Positions 61,538 through 64,000 of a stretch of DNA of 64,000 bases are shown one piece after another. Below the pieces are notes generated by a model that ran no database searches, was not told the origin of the DNA, and saw only the letters and a list, made by a program, of their open reading frames with translations. Numbering within the stretch: the stretch's first letter is position 1; each line of letters starts with the position of its first letter. This DNA comes from Zootoca vivipara (lineage: Eukaryota). The stretch covers positions 29,078,001-29,142,000 of the forward strand of contig NC_083288.1 of the NCBI RefSeq assembly GCF_963506605.1. The letters are read 5' to 3'. The position numbers and the translations under genes are program-made.

Positions 61538-62495
61538 ATGGAAGATTTTGGAGACAACCATACCAGTCCTAATGAATTCATCCTCATAGGGTTTTCAGAC
61601 CTAGCTGAACTGCAAATCTTGCTGTTTTTCATTTTTTCTGGCAACATACACGGTCACCTTAGTAGGGAACCTGCTCATAATTCTGCTTGTAAAACTCAAC
61701 CCTTCTCTTCAGACTCCAATGTATTTCTTCCTGGTTAACCTATCATTCTTGGAAATGTGTTACACCACAAGTGTGGTGCCCCAGATGCTGATACATTTGT
61801 TAACAAAGCATAAAAGCATTTCTAAAGCTGGATGTGCAGCCCAGATGTATGCCTTCACCATCCTGGGGCTGACAGAATGTTGCCTTCTGGCAGCCATGGC
61901 ATATGATCGCTACGTTGCCATATCTCATCCTTTGCATTACACAGTCATCATGAACCACCAAGTATGTATAGAGCTGGCAGCCGCATCATGGATTATTGGC
62001 ATTTCAGTGGAAGTTGCTCAAACAACATGGATCTTCAGCTTACCATTCTGTGGTTCTAAACGCATCCAGCACTTTTTCTGTGATATCCCACCACTGGTGA
62101 AAATGGCATGCACAGACACCACAAAAAATGAGATTGTTGTCATGACAGTGTCTGTGCTTTTCATCATGAGTCCATTCCTGCTTATCATTCTCTCCTACAT
62201 CCGTATAATTTCAACCATTCTCAGACTTCCTTCTGCAGAGGGAAGGAGGAAAGCCTTTTCCACCTGCTCCTCACACCTCACAGTAGTGACATTATTCTAT
62301 GGGACAGCCCTTTTTGCCTACTTAAGGCCCAAGTCCAGCTACACACCAGAGAGTGACAAAATGATTTCTCTTATGTACACTGTTGTGACACCTGCTTTAA
62401 ATCCCATAATATATACCCTAAGAAATAAAGAAGTGAAGGGAGCATTTAAGAAGGCAGCTATAAGAATCTTCTCTGCACAAGACTCAACCAATTGA
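61538..62495 (+). pseudogene. OR10-like array copy 4 with a +1 frameshift (pseudogene, or possibly a homopolymer error)
   Basis: 958 nt against 957 nt in the paralogues; extra T in the T6 run at 61632-61637; also MAYDRYVAIS (Cys to Ser, 61923-61925). Confidence 0.85.
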
Positions 62496-62818
62496 ACATT
62501 TGGGTAAACACTTTCCCCATTTGTCACAGAATGCCACTCTGATTTTAAAAAGTTGATTTTTTTAAAAGTTGTAACTTGAAAATAAAATATTTGAAAACTC
62601 TTGGTAATAAACATTAAGCCTATATACACTCATGGTCTGTGTGTCTGATCAATTTTAGAGGAGTATTAAACTGTTTCTGGATGGCTTTTTTTTTTCATGA
62701 AGAAAGCTTCATGCATATAAATCCACTACTAGAGGTATAGAAGAAGTTTAGTTCAGTTGGCAAATAAGGTGTTGAAAAAAAGCAAAGGACTTGGATGGTT
62801 GTACTTTTATTGAAAATA

Positions 62819-63044
62819 CAGTGGTTCCTCAGGTTAATAACTTAATTCGTTCTGGAGGTCCGTTCTTAACCTGAAACTGTTCTTAACCTGAGGTGCCACT
62901 TTAGCTAATGGGGCCGCCTGCTGCCGCCGTGCCACTGGAGCACGATTTCTGTTCTCATCCTGAAGCAAAGTTCTTAACCCAAGGTACTATTTCTGAGTTA
63001 GCGGAGACTGTAACCTGAAGCATCTGTAACCCGAGGTACCACTG
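62819..63044 (+). mobile_element. Tc1/mariner-type MITE
   Basis: Copy of 21719-21944 with TA TSD. Confidence 0.88.
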
Positions 63045-63477
63045 TAAAATATTTGAAAACTTTTATTAATAAATATTGAAGATACATTTACTCATAGGCC
63101 TAGTTCTGACAGACAGTGTTGTGTGGTGAGCTATTTCTGAATGGCACCATTTCAGATTGGTATAAAGTTTGATGAGCCATACAAATATTACTTGAACATG
63201 GGGGGCATTTTTGCTAGGAGGGTACACACCTAACCTTTTCTCAGACATATTCATTATGGAAGGTTTTTTTGGTTTTTTTTGAAGAAGAAGAACCTGCAAT
63301 CCGTCATCTCTAGCACCACCAGAAGGTAGAAGTGATACAGTCCAGCTAAAGGTTTACTTCCTAATATTCTCTTTGTGAGAACTTGACTACAATTTATGAT
63401 ACATATTCACAGTTATCTATACCTGCATGTTATGACTTTGCTTTGGAAAGCTGCATTGTCCTTCCTGTGATATAGAG

Positions 63478-63479
<2 letters not shown>

Positions 63480-63525
<46 letters not shown>
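63480..63525. repeat. (CA)n microsatellite
   Basis: Direct reading. Confidence 0.95.
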
Positions 63526-63526
<1 letters not shown>

Positions 63527-63814
63527 AACATATTATTTTTTTGGCTTGTTGTTTGCTGCCATGAATTCCTCTGAGGGAAAGGGGGGTATAAATGTAATGA
63601 TAAATAAAAGAAATACATTGTTCTGTTTACTAACGGATGGATGTGCAGAATATTAGATAATGGCTGTGCAATATTGCTTTATAGTTAATCATTCTGGCCC
63701 CATAGGAGAAATCCAATTTTCATACCCAAAGCAACAGTTTCAACTTCTCTGGGGACAATGATTTGCTTCAAATAATGATGCCAATGGAATATCATGTCTG
63801 CACACTTTAAACTC

Positions 63815-63981
63815 NNNNNNNNNNNNNNNNNNNNNNNNNNNNNNNNNNNNNNNNNNNNNNNNNNNNNNNNNNNNNNNNNNNNNNNNNNNNNNNNNNNNNN
63901 NNNNNNNNNNNNNNNNNNNNNNNNNNNNNNNNNNNNNNNNNNNNNNNNNNNNNNNNNNNNNNNNNNNNNNNNNNNNNNNNN
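63815..63981. other. Assembly gap
   Basis: Run of N. Confidence 1.
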
Positions 63982-64000
63982 ACGGCCCTAGCTATTTCAT

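Overview
This is vertebrate genomic DNA, almost certainly from a squamate reptile. The repeat set (Sauria SINE, BovB, L2, Penelope, RTE-X-like and Ngaro/DIRS-like elements) fits a lizard, possibly a lacertid. The window is part of a class II olfactory receptor (OR) cluster. It holds 10 OR open reading frames, one full-length OR with a +1 frameshift (61538-62495) and two decayed OR fragments. One OR (7013-7952) looks like a well-conserved OR13G1 orthologue but has no in-frame ATG before its N-glycosylation site. The 3' third is a tandem array of four OR10-like paralogues with patchwork identity that suggests gene conversion, including a swapped TM4 segment. Intergenic DNA is dense in transposons, many with readable target-site duplications (TSDs) and several nested. 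A homeodomain/EBF motif cluster at about 31.8-32.0 kb is a candidate OR enhancer. I see no evidence of a wholly new gene system; the interesting signals are evolutionary and regulatory. Family names come from motif recognition and memory, not database searches. There are two assembly gaps (9030-9165 and 63815-63981).
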